This document shows positions 47,490 through 56,739 of a DNA stretch of 64,000 nucleotides, one piece after another. The first letter of the stretch is position 1; each line of letters opens with the position of its first letter. The DNA is taken from positions 137,658-201,657 of the forward strand of contig JAOTVB010000003.1 of NCBI GenBank assembly GCA_029863605.1, given 5' to 3'. Position numbers and translations under genes: made by a program. The DNA comes from Myxococcales bacterium. GTDB taxonomy: Bacteria; Myxococcota_A; Polyangia; Polyangiales; Houyiibacteriaceae. The notes beneath the pieces are model-generated. The model worked only from the letters and a program-made list of their open reading frames with translations. It ran no database searches and was not told where the DNA came from.

Positions 47490-47846
47490 ATGGATTCTCC
47501 GCTTCGCGAGCGCACCGCTCAGCTTCAGCGCCGTCTGATCGACCTCGAGGCGCGGGAGGACGCAAGGTACGCCAAGGGTGCTCTCGAGCAGGCTCGACGC
47601 GCGCTCGAGGCCGCGAGCAGTCCCACCAAAGACCCTCCTTCCGCCGCGCGCGCACAAGCGATCGCCGACGCCGCGATGGTGTTGGCGGATCGCCAGCTCG
47701 CCCGAAGGCAATCCCAGGCTGCACTCGTACACACGGAGCGACGACTGAGCGCAGTCCGTGAGCGCGCCAAGGCACAGCGCCGGGTGCTCGAGGCACTCAT
47801 GCGACAGCGCGCGGAGTTGGCACGATCGATGGAGGAGTCACCCTGA
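47490..47846 (+). CDS. hypothetical coiled-coil protein
   Basis: First ATG after the upstream stop. The translation is Ala/Arg/Gln-rich and helical. Its stop overlaps the ATG of the next gene by 1 nt. The upstream in-frame sequence looks like a signal peptide but has no canonical start, so the start is uncertain. Confidence 0.4.
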   Translation: MDSPLRERTAQLQRRLIDLEAREDARYAKGALEQARRALEAASSPTKDPPSAARAQAIADAAMVLADRQLARRQSQAALVHTERRLSAVRERAKAQRRVLEALMRQRAELARSMEESP

Positions 47847-48859
47847 TGCGAATCTGGGCGGCTATCGTCGGTCTTTGTTCGGCGCTTACGGCGTGCGCAG
47901 CCCAACAGGCACCGTCCACCGCAGGCAGCCTGTTCGCGTCGCCGGCGGCGGAGCGCGCCAAGGAGCTTGCTCCTGATCTCCATCACTACGCGGAGACCGC
48001 TTGGGAGGCCGCGCGTCAAGCGGACCGGGACGGGCATGCGAAAGCCGCCGGTGATTTTCGAACTGAAGCGCGATTGTGGCTTGCCGCAGCCGCCGCCGAA
48101 GCAGAGCGCGTGGAGATCGGTCGGCGCCGCGTCGAGCTCCAAGCCGCAGAAGAGCGGTGGGCCAAACAGCTGGCGCGGGACCAGGCCGCAGCTGGGGTCG
48201 TCGCGCAGGACATCTCTCGATACGAGGCGCGGTCCGTGGCGCTCAAAGAGGCCGAGCGACTCTCTCCCGCGTCGGCTGGCGGTTCGACCGAAGAAATCGC
48301 GGCCGCGCTCCTCACCCGGGTCAGGCTGAATCTCGCGCTCGCGGAGGCGCTTGGTGCGGAGGAAAGTGAGCTCGATCCGCTCGAGGGGCGGGCTGAATCG
48401 ATCGAAGGGCAGTATCCAAGATCCGCGAAACGTGCCGAGACGTTGCTCCTCGAAACTGAGGCTCTGATCGGGGACATGCGTGCGCGGTGGCCAGAGCCGC
48501 TTCCGGGCGCCGCAGCCGAGTTGATCCAGACAGCGTTGATCACGGGTTTTTCGGCAGACCGCACCAACACCGGCGTAATCGTGCGGTCCGAGCGCTTCTT
48601 CAAGGCCTCGGGCCAGGTTTCGTCGGCTACAGTGAAGCGCTTCCACGGCTTGCTCCAAGCGTTTCCCCACGGGCCGGTCGCTTGCCAAGTCGCAGTTCCC
48701 GAGCTTCGCAGCCGCGTCTGGGCGCGACGGGTCGCCTCCCTGGTCGAACGATTCGGACGAATGGACGATCCGGGCCGTGTCTCGACTGGAATGGTGGTGA
48801 CCGGCGCCCTCGGGGCGGGCACGGTTCAGTGCACCTTCGCCGCGTACCGCGGGCCTTAG
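47846..48859 (+). CDS. hypothetical lipoprotein with helical N-terminal part and degenerate OmpA-like C-terminus (tentative)
   Basis: MRIWAAIVGLCSALTAC lipobox, a long Ala/Glu/Arg helical region, and a C-terminal segment (GVIVRSERFFKASGQVSSATVKRFHGLLQAF...RRVASLVERF) laid out like an OmpA_C domain. Confidence 0.55.
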   Translation: MRIWAAIVGLCSALTACAAQQAPSTAGSLFASPAAERAKELAPDLHHYAETAWEAARQADRDGHAKAAGDFRTEARLWLAAAAAEAERVEIGRRRVELQAAEERWAKQLARDQAAAGVVAQDISRYEARSVALKEAERLSPASAGGSTEEIAAALLTRVRLNLALAEALGAEESELDPLEGRAESIEGQYPRSAKRAETLLLETEALIGDMRARWPEPLPGAAAELIQTALITGFSADRTNTGVIVRSERFFKASGQVSSATVKRFHGLLQAFPHGPVACQVAVPELRSRVWARRVASLVERFGRMDDPGRVSTGMVVTGALGAGTVQCTFAAYRGP

Positions 48860-48907
48860 GCGCTAGCGTGGGGGCAGTGGGGCGGGACCAATTGCCCGCC
48901 GAAGGCG
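48857..48907. repeat. REP-like intergenic hairpin element, copy B
   Basis: TAGGCGCTAGCGTGGGGGCAGTGGGGCGGGACCAATTGCCCGCCGAAGGCG. It starts on the TAG stop of the plus-strand gene at a convergent junction. GGCGGG/CCCGCC hairpin. Confidence 0.7.
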
Positions 48908-48955
48908 GTCCGGGAGACAGTCTGGGGGTGCTCGCACACTCGGCCGTATGCGGAT

Positions 48956-49486
48956 CTAGTCGAGCCTTTTGAAGTCGCGTTGCGCGCGTTGGAGCGTTTC
49001 GGTCTTGGGCGGGGGATATGCGGGTGGAGGAGGAAGCTCGGTGATCGACACGCGCGTCAGGCCGTTGCCGATGTCTAGGATCGAGACATCGACCTTGGTG
49101 GGACTGACCTCTGCGCCCCGGATGCTCGCGGTTCGGTAGACCGCGCCCTTTCCTTGCCGTTCCACTTTCCCCGTGATCAACATCGGCCCGAAGTAGCTAA
49201 GCACTTTCCCGATCGGCGCGCGAATTCGATAGACGTGAACGCCCCCTTCCTCGCGGAATACCTCGAGGCCGCGGGGAAGCCGGACCCCCACGACGAAGTC
49301 GTCCGACGGGATCAGCGCGCCGTTGGCGTCGTAGATGTAGACGATCTCTTCCGGTTTTGGGAGGGCCTCTTCGGTCGCGACGGGGTCGGGAGCAGCCGGC
49401 GCTGAGGGAGGTGACTTCGCCGGCTCCGAACGGCACGACACGACGAGCAACGACGAGGCTAACAAGAGTGGCCGCAGTTTGGACAT
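48956..49486 (-). CDS. hypothetical lipoprotein (last gene of the minor-pilin/PilY1 operon)
   Basis: MSKLRPLLLASSLLVVSC lipobox followed by a Pro-rich linker. Lies 31 bp downstream of pilY1 on the same strand. Confidence 0.6.
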   Translation of the reverse strand: MSKLRPLLLASSLLVVSCRSEPAKSPPSAPAAPDPVATEEALPKPEEIVYIYDANGALIPSDDFVVGVRLPRGLEVFREEGGVHVYRIRAPIGKVLSYFGPMLITGKVERQGKGAVYRTASIRGAEVSPTKVDVSILDIGNGLTRVSITELPPPPAYPPPKTETLQRAQRDFKRLD

Positions 49487-49517
49487 CGCACTTACGGGGT
49501 TATCACTGCGTGGTCGA

Positions 49518-52500
49518 TCATTCCAGCGTCTCGGCCATCCCAGAGACTACCGTGAAATTCTCGGGTGCGGTGATCGTTTCGCCGAGGACGTCGATCGACA
49601 GGCCGCTGACCGGTGTCCCGGAGCCGCTGAGGTGGGCCATGAGCTTGAACTCGCGTCCGCTCGTATTGACCGGCATCGCCAGGCTGAATGGCGTGCCAAA
49701 CGGATCGGTCACCGTCACCGAGGCCAACGTCGTGCATACGGGCTGCTGGGCGACCTGTAGCCCGACGACCAGCGAGTTCTGTAGGTCCGGGATGTCGGTG
49801 CCATCGAGGTATGTGGTGGGATTGCTCATCGCATCGACCAGTAGTGGCACCAGGTCCCCCGCGCTCGCCGGGTCATCCAGGAAGTCCACCCCGAAGATTC
49901 GGCTGCCACCGATGCCACAAGCGTTGATCGGGTTCGCACCGGCTGCCTTGAACGCCCCGAAAAAGACTTGGCCTCCGAAAAGCTCGATCGGCCCCGTCAT
50001 CTGTTCCCCGTCATCGAGCAAGATCTCCCAGTTGAGCCGTCCCTCCAGCATGCTGATATTGCCACTGCCATCGAAAGTGAGCTTTTCCGTGATCGAGACG
50101 ACCCTGTTCTTGGCAGTCGCGTCGTCGAGCACGTCGATGTTGCCGGTCCCGAGCAGAATGACGACATTGCCCAACCTGTTGACCGTGAGGGCGGGGGGAT
50201 AATAGGTCGGCTCGGCAACGTCGTAGGCGCCTCCGTAGTAGATGTCGTGAAGGGCCTCGGCGGTCCAGTCTTCCGGATCTGAGGGCGACATGTCGACGCG
50301 CCAAAGCACACCGTCGGCGTCGACGGTGTACGCCGCGCTTCCTACCGTTCCCGTATCGCCGCGGAACACCGAGACACCGCCGTTGAGGGGCGCGGGGAAA
50401 TCGTTTTCATCCAACTTCCGGATGATCGACCCGGTGGCCAGGTCGATGAAGTAAAGCGCGCGCCCGGTGGGGGTTGCTGCCGGCATGGAGCTCGACCCTC
50501 GCCAACAACGCCGGTCGGACCTCGGCGTGATCGGAGTGGTGCCATCGGCTTCGTCCATCCCTTCGGGGAGCAGTGGGCCCGATGCGATCGTGCAAGGACT
50601 CGCTGCGGCGTCTTCGACTCCCTGGCCGCCGGGGAGAATGACGACGCCGTGCGCCTGCCGCGGCTTGAACACGATCGGGCCGCCGGCGCCGCCTGAGACA
50701 GGCAGGGGGTCCTGGTCCTCGAGGAAGATTTGTGCGGCGGTGGGCTGGCCGTAGGTGTTGCCGAGGTCGTTCTCGGTGAACTGCCAAAGGAACTCGGGCT
50801 TGCAGGGGTTGGTCACGTCGAGCGCGATCATGCCGTTGCCCCCGTTTCGAAAGCTGAGGAACATCACCGTGCGCCAAACGTTGGTACTGCTAGCCGAGGA
50901 ATCGATCGTGGTGCCCATCCCGTCGTCTTCGGCGAACTTGCGGACGTCGTAGAGATCGCGGACCACGATGTTGCCGTCGGCGAACCACTGCTTACTTGCT
51001 CCCGAGAGCAGATCGTCGAGATCGTCCAGGAACATCGGTGGAATGAAACCCCAGAGCTCGGTCCCAGCGGCTTTGCCATCAGCGCACTCGAACTCGTCGA
51101 GGCTGTTGCCTGCGGTGAAGGTGTTCGCGGCATAGTCATCCGCGAGGAAGGCGTGAATGATGCCATCGTTCGTTGAGGCGTAGATGACCCGCGGCCGCCG
51201 GTTCAGCTGCCAACCATCGGCCGAAAGGTCTTCGAGGGGATCCGGGCTGAGCTGGTGGGCGAGTCCGAGGCGCCAGTTGTTGAAGGATTCGTCCTCGACG
51301 TCGTCGACCAGTGGGGCGACGATGGCCGGGGTCGAATGATAGATGTCGCCCAGTCGCTCGTTCTCCCTGCCGCTTCCGGCGACTCCGTGGAGATAGTTTA
51401 CGACCATGTCTCGCTGGGCGGTGTCGACGCTACCGAGCCCGAAGAAGTACTCTGGATTGACCGAAAGGTTCAGCTCGCCCACGGGCACGTTTCGGATTTC
51501 GAGACCCGAATCAGTCGGCACGTCGATCCCATCGTCGCCAAGCGCAGTGATCTTGGTCTTGCCGTTGCCGACGAGGTGCGCGTTGACGTCCGCTGGGTTC
51601 GAGGGAAGCACGGTCCAGAGATTCCTCGAGAACCCACCGGTGAAGGCGACGCCATTGCCTGAGCCAAAGGGTTGAACATTGCCCGGAGCTGTCGACTGGC
51701 TGTTCAGCACCAGCTGAAAGCGGTCGGCGTCCGTGAGCGTCTGCTCGACCGGCACGGGGGGCGTGCCGACGCAGAGCACGCGGCGCCGTTCGAGAACTCC
51801 ATCCCACGGGTCCGTCACCCCCAACGACGCCCGGAACCCCGAGATGAACTCGGACTGAATGAGACCTGGCGACAGCCCGGTCAACACCGGCGCCGTGCGG
51901 CTGGTGGCCCCTGGGTTCTGCTCGTTGAGGATGGTGCTCAAGGCGGTCACGAGCTCTGCCCGATCCGCGACCAAGTACGCTTCGGTCGTATCCCCCACCG
52001 AGGCGATGTCATCGAGCAGGGCTTCGACGGCAGCCACCTCGGCCGGGTCCCCATCGAGCGCGAACCCGATTACGTAGAACTGATCGAGCTCGCCGGCTGC
52101 AATCATGGCCGCGACGGTCGTCTGGATTTCCTCGTACGGGCAGCCGGTCGGGCCTACCGGCTGGCCCAGCGCTTCACAGAACACCGGGCTTCCGCGCATG
52201 TCGCCGTTTGGTAAGCCGTCGGTGATCAGGACTGCGCTTTTCTGGCGGCAATTGTAATAGGCATCGCCTGGGCCGGGGTCGGCAGTCTTCTCGATGAACT
52301 CGGGGTCGTTTTGGACGAAGAACTCGAGGTCGGTCACCATGGCGGCCGTCGGGGTCGCACCAAACGGCCGAAGGGGATTCTTTCCGAGGCCCGCATCTCC
52401 GAGAATCGTTGCCTGGATCGAGTCGTTGGTTGCGGTCATCGCAGCCGTGCTGTCGTCGCCGACGGTGACCAGACCGCCTTCGGTGGCGGTCGCCGACCGA

Positions 52501-53123
52501 GCGCCGGCGTTGATCATGTACGGCGTACCCCCCGCGCCGGGAAACGTGAAGGGCGCGTCGGCCGCGTACGAATACATCCCCTTGGTTCCGAGCGATTCGG
52601 CGGGGAACGGGGCAGTCGTGAAGACGGCCTGCGTGACGAGCGGAGGCTGGTCACTCAGGGTCCCGACGGAGTCGAAGGTCATCAGACCGAATTTGATGCG
52701 CTCGAGGTAGGTATCGAGGACGCCGTTGCCGCTCTGCGAGCCCGCGTAGGTGCCGATCTCTTGCGGCAACAGAATATGGGGAAGGAAGTACCCCTCGTCG
52801 TACTGGCCAACGTAAATGCCGCCGATTCGGTTCTCGGAGCTGCACTCGTACGGCGTGAACTCGCCGGTCAGTGCCTGGGCGACGACCGACCAGCGGTTCT
52901 CTTCGAACGTGGCGCCGCCACAAACCGGAAGGCATTCGAGGCAGCCGGCAGTCGTGCACAGACAGTCTGGCTTTCGCTCCATCGAACCCGAGGTGTCGAC
53001 GAGCAGCATGACGTGGGGGCGAATGTTTCGGACATCCGGTTGCGCAGCGGCATCTCTGCCCGGCGCGAGCGCCACCAAAAGAACGAGAAATCCAAGTGCG
53101 ATGTTAAGTGAAGTGCGCATCAT
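49518..53123 (-). CDS. pilY1: PilY1-like type IV pilus tip-associated protein with N-terminal vWA domain
   Basis: Signal peptide, a vWA MIDAS motif (LLVDTSGSM), and about 1200 aa with a C-terminal beta-propeller-like region. It follows pilX with an ATGA overlap. Confidence 0.7.
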   Translation of the reverse strand: MMRTSLNIALGFLVLLVALAPGRDAAAQPDVRNIRPHVMLLVDTSGSMERKPDCLCTTAGCLECLPVCGGATFEENRWSVVAQALTGEFTPYECSSENRIGGIYVGQYDEGYFLPHILLPQEIGTYAGSQSGNGVLDTYLERIKFGLMTFDSVGTLSDQPPLVTQAVFTTAPFPAESLGTKGMYSYAADAPFTFPGAGGTPYMINAGARSATATEGGLVTVGDDSTAAMTATNDSIQATILGDAGLGKNPLRPFGATPTAAMVTDLEFFVQNDPEFIEKTADPGPGDAYYNCRQKSAVLITDGLPNGDMRGSPVFCEALGQPVGPTGCPYEEIQTTVAAMIAAGELDQFYVIGFALDGDPAEVAAVEALLDDIASVGDTTEAYLVADRAELVTALSTILNEQNPGATSRTAPVLTGLSPGLIQSEFISGFRASLGVTDPWDGVLERRRVLCVGTPPVPVEQTLTDADRFQLVLNSQSTAPGNVQPFGSGNGVAFTGGFSRNLWTVLPSNPADVNAHLVGNGKTKITALGDDGIDVPTDSGLEIRNVPVGELNLSVNPEYFFGLGSVDTAQRDMVVNYLHGVAGSGRENERLGDIYHSTPAIVAPLVDDVEDESFNNWRLGLAHQLSPDPLEDLSADGWQLNRRPRVIYASTNDGIIHAFLADDYAANTFTAGNSLDEFECADGKAAGTELWGFIPPMFLDDLDDLLSGASKQWFADGNIVVRDLYDVRKFAEDDGMGTTIDSSASSTNVWRTVMFLSFRNGGNGMIALDVTNPCKPEFLWQFTENDLGNTYGQPTAAQIFLEDQDPLPVSGGAGGPIVFKPRQAHGVVILPGGQGVEDAAASPCTIASGPLLPEGMDEADGTTPITPRSDRRCWRGSSSMPAATPTGRALYFIDLATGSIIRKLDENDFPAPLNGGVSVFRGDTGTVGSAAYTVDADGVLWRVDMSPSDPEDWTAEALHDIYYGGAYDVAEPTYYPPALTVNRLGNVVILLGTGNIDVLDDATAKNRVVSITEKLTFDGSGNISMLEGRLNWEILLDDGEQMTGPIELFGGQVFFGAFKAAGANPINACGIGGSRIFGVDFLDDPASAGDLVPLLVDAMSNPTTYLDGTDIPDLQNSLVVGLQVAQQPVCTTLASVTVTDPFGTPFSLAMPVNTSGREFKLMAHLSGSGTPVSGLSIDVLGETITAPENFTVVSGMAETLE

Positions 53124-53797
53124 GATCCTGTGGCAAATGGCCCACTCACGATGTAGGCACGGAAGTCGGCGCCGGTTTCGTTGCGCTCTCGGTCTTGGTC
53201 AGCGGATTCCTTGGCGACGTCGCCCGCCGTCACCCGCGCTCGCGCTCGCGCGGTGAGTGTGGTGCGCATGTATTTGAACTTGGAGCCGCCCTGGGCCGCG
53301 GCGCCGGGCGCAAGCTTGCTGATGACGTGCTCGTCATAAATGTCGATCGTCACGATCGGGGTCAGCGCCGTGTACGCGCCAAAGGACGACGCCTGTTCGT
53401 ACGGCTCGTTGACGATCAACCCCGGCCCTCCGCCAGCCGCGGTGAGCTTCGCAAAGTGCTCCGGGTAGAGCCGATATGCGCGGCGCCCGTTGGCCATCGG
53501 GATCTCCGGGTAACAGGTTCCGCCGCTGGCACAGGTGAAAGTTACCCCCTGGGTGCTTCCCGGGGCGAGCATCAGGTTTCGGACCGTTTCGGGGCCGAAG
53601 ATGTCGAACCAATCCATGGCGCCGGTGAGGCCGGCCTTGGCGGTGTGGCGGGTCTGCATTTGCTGACGGGCGAAGCCGGTGCCCCGAACTTCGTGAGAGA
53701 CCGTGTTGGCCGAGAACACGGCGCTCGCAGTGCCGACCATGACAATCATCAGGACTATGAAGAGGGCTGCGCCCTCCTGTTTGCGAGGCTGCTTCAT
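53120..53797 (-). CDS. pilX: PilX-like minor pilin/pilus assembly protein
   Basis: PilX_N-type N-terminus (QEGAALFIVLMIVMVGTASAV). Position between pilW and pilY1, with ATGA overlaps on both sides. Confidence 0.6.
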   Translation of the reverse strand: MKQPRKQEGAALFIVLMIVMVGTASAVFSANTVSHEVRGTGFARQQMQTRHTAKAGLTGAMDWFDIFGPETVRNLMLAPGSTQGVTFTCASGGTCYPEIPMANGRRAYRLYPEHFAKLTAAGGGPGLIVNEPYEQASSFGAYTALTPIVTIDIYDEHVISKLAPGAAAQGGSKFKYMRTTLTARARARVTAGDVAKESADQDRERNETGADFRAYIVSGPFATGS

Positions 53798-55185
53798 CCC
53801 AAGTTTCTCCTCGCGACGCTCATCACCGGAACTTCGATCCGCAGGTGCCGGACGCGCGCCGAGCCTTTGGCATCCTTGTCGACCTCGAAGCGGGTCGGAA
53901 CGATACCTGCATCGACGTCGCCGTTGTAATCGAGAGACGGATCTTCGAGCGGGCTACGGATACCGAGGTCGATGATGACCGAGCGCACGCGCTCGGGATT
54001 GCCATTGACGGTCACTTCGGCCGTCGCGCCTTTTTCGTGGCTGAGGAGAGGTGGAGAACCCGAACTCGTCGAGCCAGAGTTAGCGTCGATGATGAAGCTC
54101 ACTTCGAAATGGGTGACGAACTCCGCGACGACCTGCGTCGAGTTTGCCTTCACCGACTGATCGGTGGCGTCCAAAATTCTCCTCACCAGGACCCGATTTG
54201 GAGCCTCGAGCAGGTCGGCTTCGGTGAGCGCGTGGACGTTGTGAATGGGGCTGTCCGTGTCGGCGAGGTCCCCAAAGAAAATGCCGTCGAACTTGAGAAA
54301 ATCGTCTGGGTTGGAAGCATCGGCGGGGGCGAATGGGTCGATGATGGCGTATTCCACCCACTGCAGGGGTGCGATGGTGGAGCCTTCGGCGGCTCCCGGG
54401 AGGCAGGCCGTGCCGATGGGCAGACCATCCCCTGTCTCGAGCACCAACCGAATCTGGTTTTCCACGTTGCTCCCCTTGCCGAACACCGATCGAAAGAAGT
54501 GGCGGCCTTCGGGGGTCTCGATGTGAAGGACCGAGCCGCTTTGGAACGCGCGCGCGCCTCGCTGTCCGATACCCTTCCAGCTACCGGATTCGCTGCCCCA
54601 CGCGGTGTCCCAGTTGAGAGCGCCCGCGAGATAGTCGGGAGGCGAGCCGGTGGTGAACGGGCCGGCCGTGCTTCCCCAGGCAAATGTTCGACGGTAGGCC
54701 TGGTTGCCGGTTTGGAGCACGATGGTCTCGCCATCGATGCTGGTCGAGCTCACCAAAAGCTGCTCGGTCAGATACATGCTGGTGAGCACCCGGAGCCGGT
54801 CAGCCCGCGCCCCCGCGTTCACGCTATCGGGATCGAGAACCGCGATGTCTTCGTTCGCGTAATATTGAAAGGCGCCCATCGGGCCGTTGCCGCCACCGAG
54901 GCGGGGGAGCTCCGGAGCCGTGGGGTCGCAGGTAGGCTCGAACCGATTGATACCGGGGCCACCCACGAGAGAGGCATTTGGTGTGCCAAACAGGCCGGCC
55001 CGCGAGATGTCCTGCCGAAGCTCCAAGGTGGCGACGCGCGATGTTCCTTGCGAAGAAGCCACCCGTTGCTCGACGAAGAATTGCTCGCTCATCGCCGAGC
55101 CGAGCGCATAGACCGAGCTGACCGCGGTCAGGCCCACGACCATGGCGATCATCAGCTCGATCAGGGTGAATCCACTTTGCCTCAT
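53794..55185 (-). CDS. pilW: PilW-like type IV minor pilin
   Basis: The internal ATG at 55185 gives prepilin leader MRQSG|FTLIELMIAMVVGL. The longest ORF (to 55410) is an Arg-rich extension overlapping pilV. Confidence 0.7.
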   Translation of the reverse strand: MRQSGFTLIELMIAMVVGLTAVSSVYALGSAMSEQFFVEQRVASSQGTSRVATLELRQDISRAGLFGTPNASLVGGPGINRFEPTCDPTAPELPRLGGGNGPMGAFQYYANEDIAVLDPDSVNAGARADRLRVLTSMYLTEQLLVSSTSIDGETIVLQTGNQAYRRTFAWGSTAGPFTTGSPPDYLAGALNWDTAWGSESGSWKGIGQRGARAFQSGSVLHIETPEGRHFFRSVFGKGSNVENQIRLVLETGDGLPIGTACLPGAAEGSTIAPLQWVEYAIIDPFAPADASNPDDFLKFDGIFFGDLADTDSPIHNVHALTEADLLEAPNRVLVRRILDATDQSVKANSTQVVAEFVTHFEVSFIIDANSGSTSSGSPPLLSHEKGATAEVTVNGNPERVRSVIIDLGIRSPLEDPSLDYNGDVDAGIVPTRFEVDKDAKGSARVRHLRIEVPVMSVARRNLG

Positions 55186-55808
55186 GGCGGGTCCCTCCGG
55201 AGCCAAGTCACTGCGGTGGACGTGAAGATTACGTTGACGTTGGGCGCCTCGCCGAGGTCCCAGCCGTCGGCGGTAGCTGCGGCACAACCCGCTGAGCGAA
55301 AGGCGCTTGCGGCCACCCATTTTCCGTGCGTTGGAGTTCCGATCATGTGCCCCTCTCGAAGCCAATACGTGCGGACGTCGACGCGAACCGAGCTGCCTTG
55401 TCGAAGCCATCCCAGCTTGAGATTGACGCAGTACTTCGTGTCGGACGCGCTCGCGGTGTCGTTCCCGAAAAAGTCGAAGCTTGCGTACTCGCCCGCTCCC
55501 GTCGGGATCGGTTTGAACCAGGCGGTTTCATCGGCCACCCCCGCGATCTCTTTTAGATACGCCGTCCCTTGAAGCTCGGTGGTGTTGAAGCCCCGGGCGG
55601 TCCAAAGCAGCCCGTCCCGCTCCACACGCTCGATCCAGGTCTCGGTGATCGCGAGAGCGGCATTCATTTCACGCGCGTCCCGATTGGCTCGGGTGACCGC
55701 TTGATGCATCGACAGGATGCCGAGTGAGCCGACGGTCATGACGCCGATCGCGATCATCACCTCGACTAGCGTGAAGCCTCCGCGGCCATTTTTCACAGGG
55801 CGCATCAT
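55182..55808 (-). CDS. pilV: PilV-like type IV minor pilin
   Basis: The internal ATG at 55808 gives MMRPVKNGRGG|FTLVEVMIAIGVMTVG. ATGA overlap with the fimT-like stop. Confidence 0.7.
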   Translation of the reverse strand: MMRPVKNGRGGFTLVEVMIAIGVMTVGSLGILSMHQAVTRANRDAREMNAALAITETWIERVERDGLLWTARGFNTTELQGTAYLKEIAGVADETAWFKPIPTGAGEYASFDFFGNDTASASDTKYCVNLKLGWLRQGSSVRVDVRTYWLREGHMIGTPTHGKWVAASAFRSAGCAAATADGWDLGEAPNVNVIFTSTAVTWLRRDPP

Positions 55809-56449
55809 CGCAAGATCCTCGGCGAGCCCGTGCCGGATGGGATCAAGACTTTTCGCCCGACGCCGGTCGTGGTTCCACCGACCTCGCGATAGACGACGAA
55901 GCCGAAGCCGGCCTGTGAACGCGGCGCCTCCCAGTTGGTGTAAAGCACGGTGTCGATGAACACCTGATTGTTGGAGCCCGCCTCGTAACAAAAGGTCGTG
56001 TCCCCCCAGCCGTCTACCCGAACGAGATCGTTGTCTGCCGGGTTCGGGTCGAATGTGCTGGCGTAGAGATGGTCGACACAACGCCAATGGTTGGCGTTGT
56101 CGCAGTCGAGGTCGGCGAGCGCGATGCCCGAGGCGTTCTCGAAGCTGCTCGTCGAGCAGCCGCCGCTCGTGCCGCGCAGGGTTTCGAAGGCGAAGGGCTC
56201 GGCAGTGAGACCGGCACCACTGTCGTTGTCGTAGACGACCTGGTGTGCCCGCCCGTAGGCGCTCGACATGTATCGTGCACGCTGAAAGAGGCCGACGACC
56301 TCGCGGGCGACCATCGCCACCCGCCGGTCGGCGAACCCTTCGCCGATGCTCGGCAAGGCGGCACTGACGAGCACGCCCATCACCGCCAACACGATCATCA
56401 GCTCCACAAGTGTAAATCCAAACAGTCTAGGTCTAGGGTCTCCAAGCAC
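55805..56449 (-). CDS. fimT: FimT/FimU (GspH-family) type IV minor pilin
   Basis: GTG start gives leader MLGDPRPRLFG|FTLVELMIVLAVMGVL. First gene of the minor pilin operon. Confidence 0.7.
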   Translation of the reverse strand: MLGDPRPRLFGFTLVELMIVLAVMGVLVSAALPSIGEGFADRRVAMVAREVVGLFQRARYMSSAYGRAHQVVYDNDSGAGLTAEPFAFETLRGTSGGCSTSSFENASGIALADLDCDNANHWRCVDHLYASTFDPNPADNDLVRVDGWGDTTFCYEAGSNNQVFIDTVLYTNWEAPRSQAGFGFVVYREVGGTTTGVGRKVLIPSGTGSPRILR

Positions 56450-56614
56450 ATGGCTCTCTCTTGCAACCCCCGTACCGAAACTCGGATGAGCCTAACTGGC
56501 TGAAACCAAACGCTTTCACCCCATTGCAAGGGCACCGCGACCCCGCATTTCGTGCGGATGCTATGAAAAAAATACAGGGTTGATGTGTGTGCCGAGGGTG
56601 GTCTCGTGTCTGCC

Positions 56615-56643
56615 TTGACAGGCTTCGGGCCAACGTCTACCAA
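56615..56643 (+). promoter_or_regulatory. sigma-70-like promoter of tRNA-Leu
   Basis: TTGACA (56615..56620), a 17-nt spacer, then TACCAA (56638..56643), 12 nt upstream of the tRNA 5' end. Confidence 0.5.
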
Positions 56644-56655
56644 GCCTTCTCTTCA

Positions 56656-56739
56656 GCGGAAGTGGCGGAATTGGCAGACGCGCATGATTCAGGTTCATGT
56701 GAGGTAACACTCGTGGAGGTTCGAGTCCTCTCTTCCGCA
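56656..56739 (+). tRNA. tRNA-Leu (CAG)
   Basis: GCGGAAG acceptor stem pairs with CTTCCGC. Anticodon stem CATGA/TCATG with loop TTCAGGT. Long variable arm (GAG-GTAACA-CTC). T-arm GGAGG-TTCGAGT-CCTCT. 84 nt to the discriminator A. The 3' flank is CCC, so CCA is not fully encoded. Confidence 0.92.

Noticed and set aside
53845-55572. 575-aa plus-strand ORF, the longest unassigned ORF in the window
   Set aside because: It is antisense to pilW and pilV, which carry unmistakable prepilin leaders. Its translation is Arg/Gly/Ala-rich with no motifs, the typical shadow ORF of high-GC DNA.
56451-56468. TGGCTC-N4-TTGCA sigma-54-like motif at the fimT start
   Set aside because: The spacer is one nt short of the consensus. 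The motif is on the plus strand pointing away from the pilin operon, and it overlaps the fimT start codon. It is likely chance.
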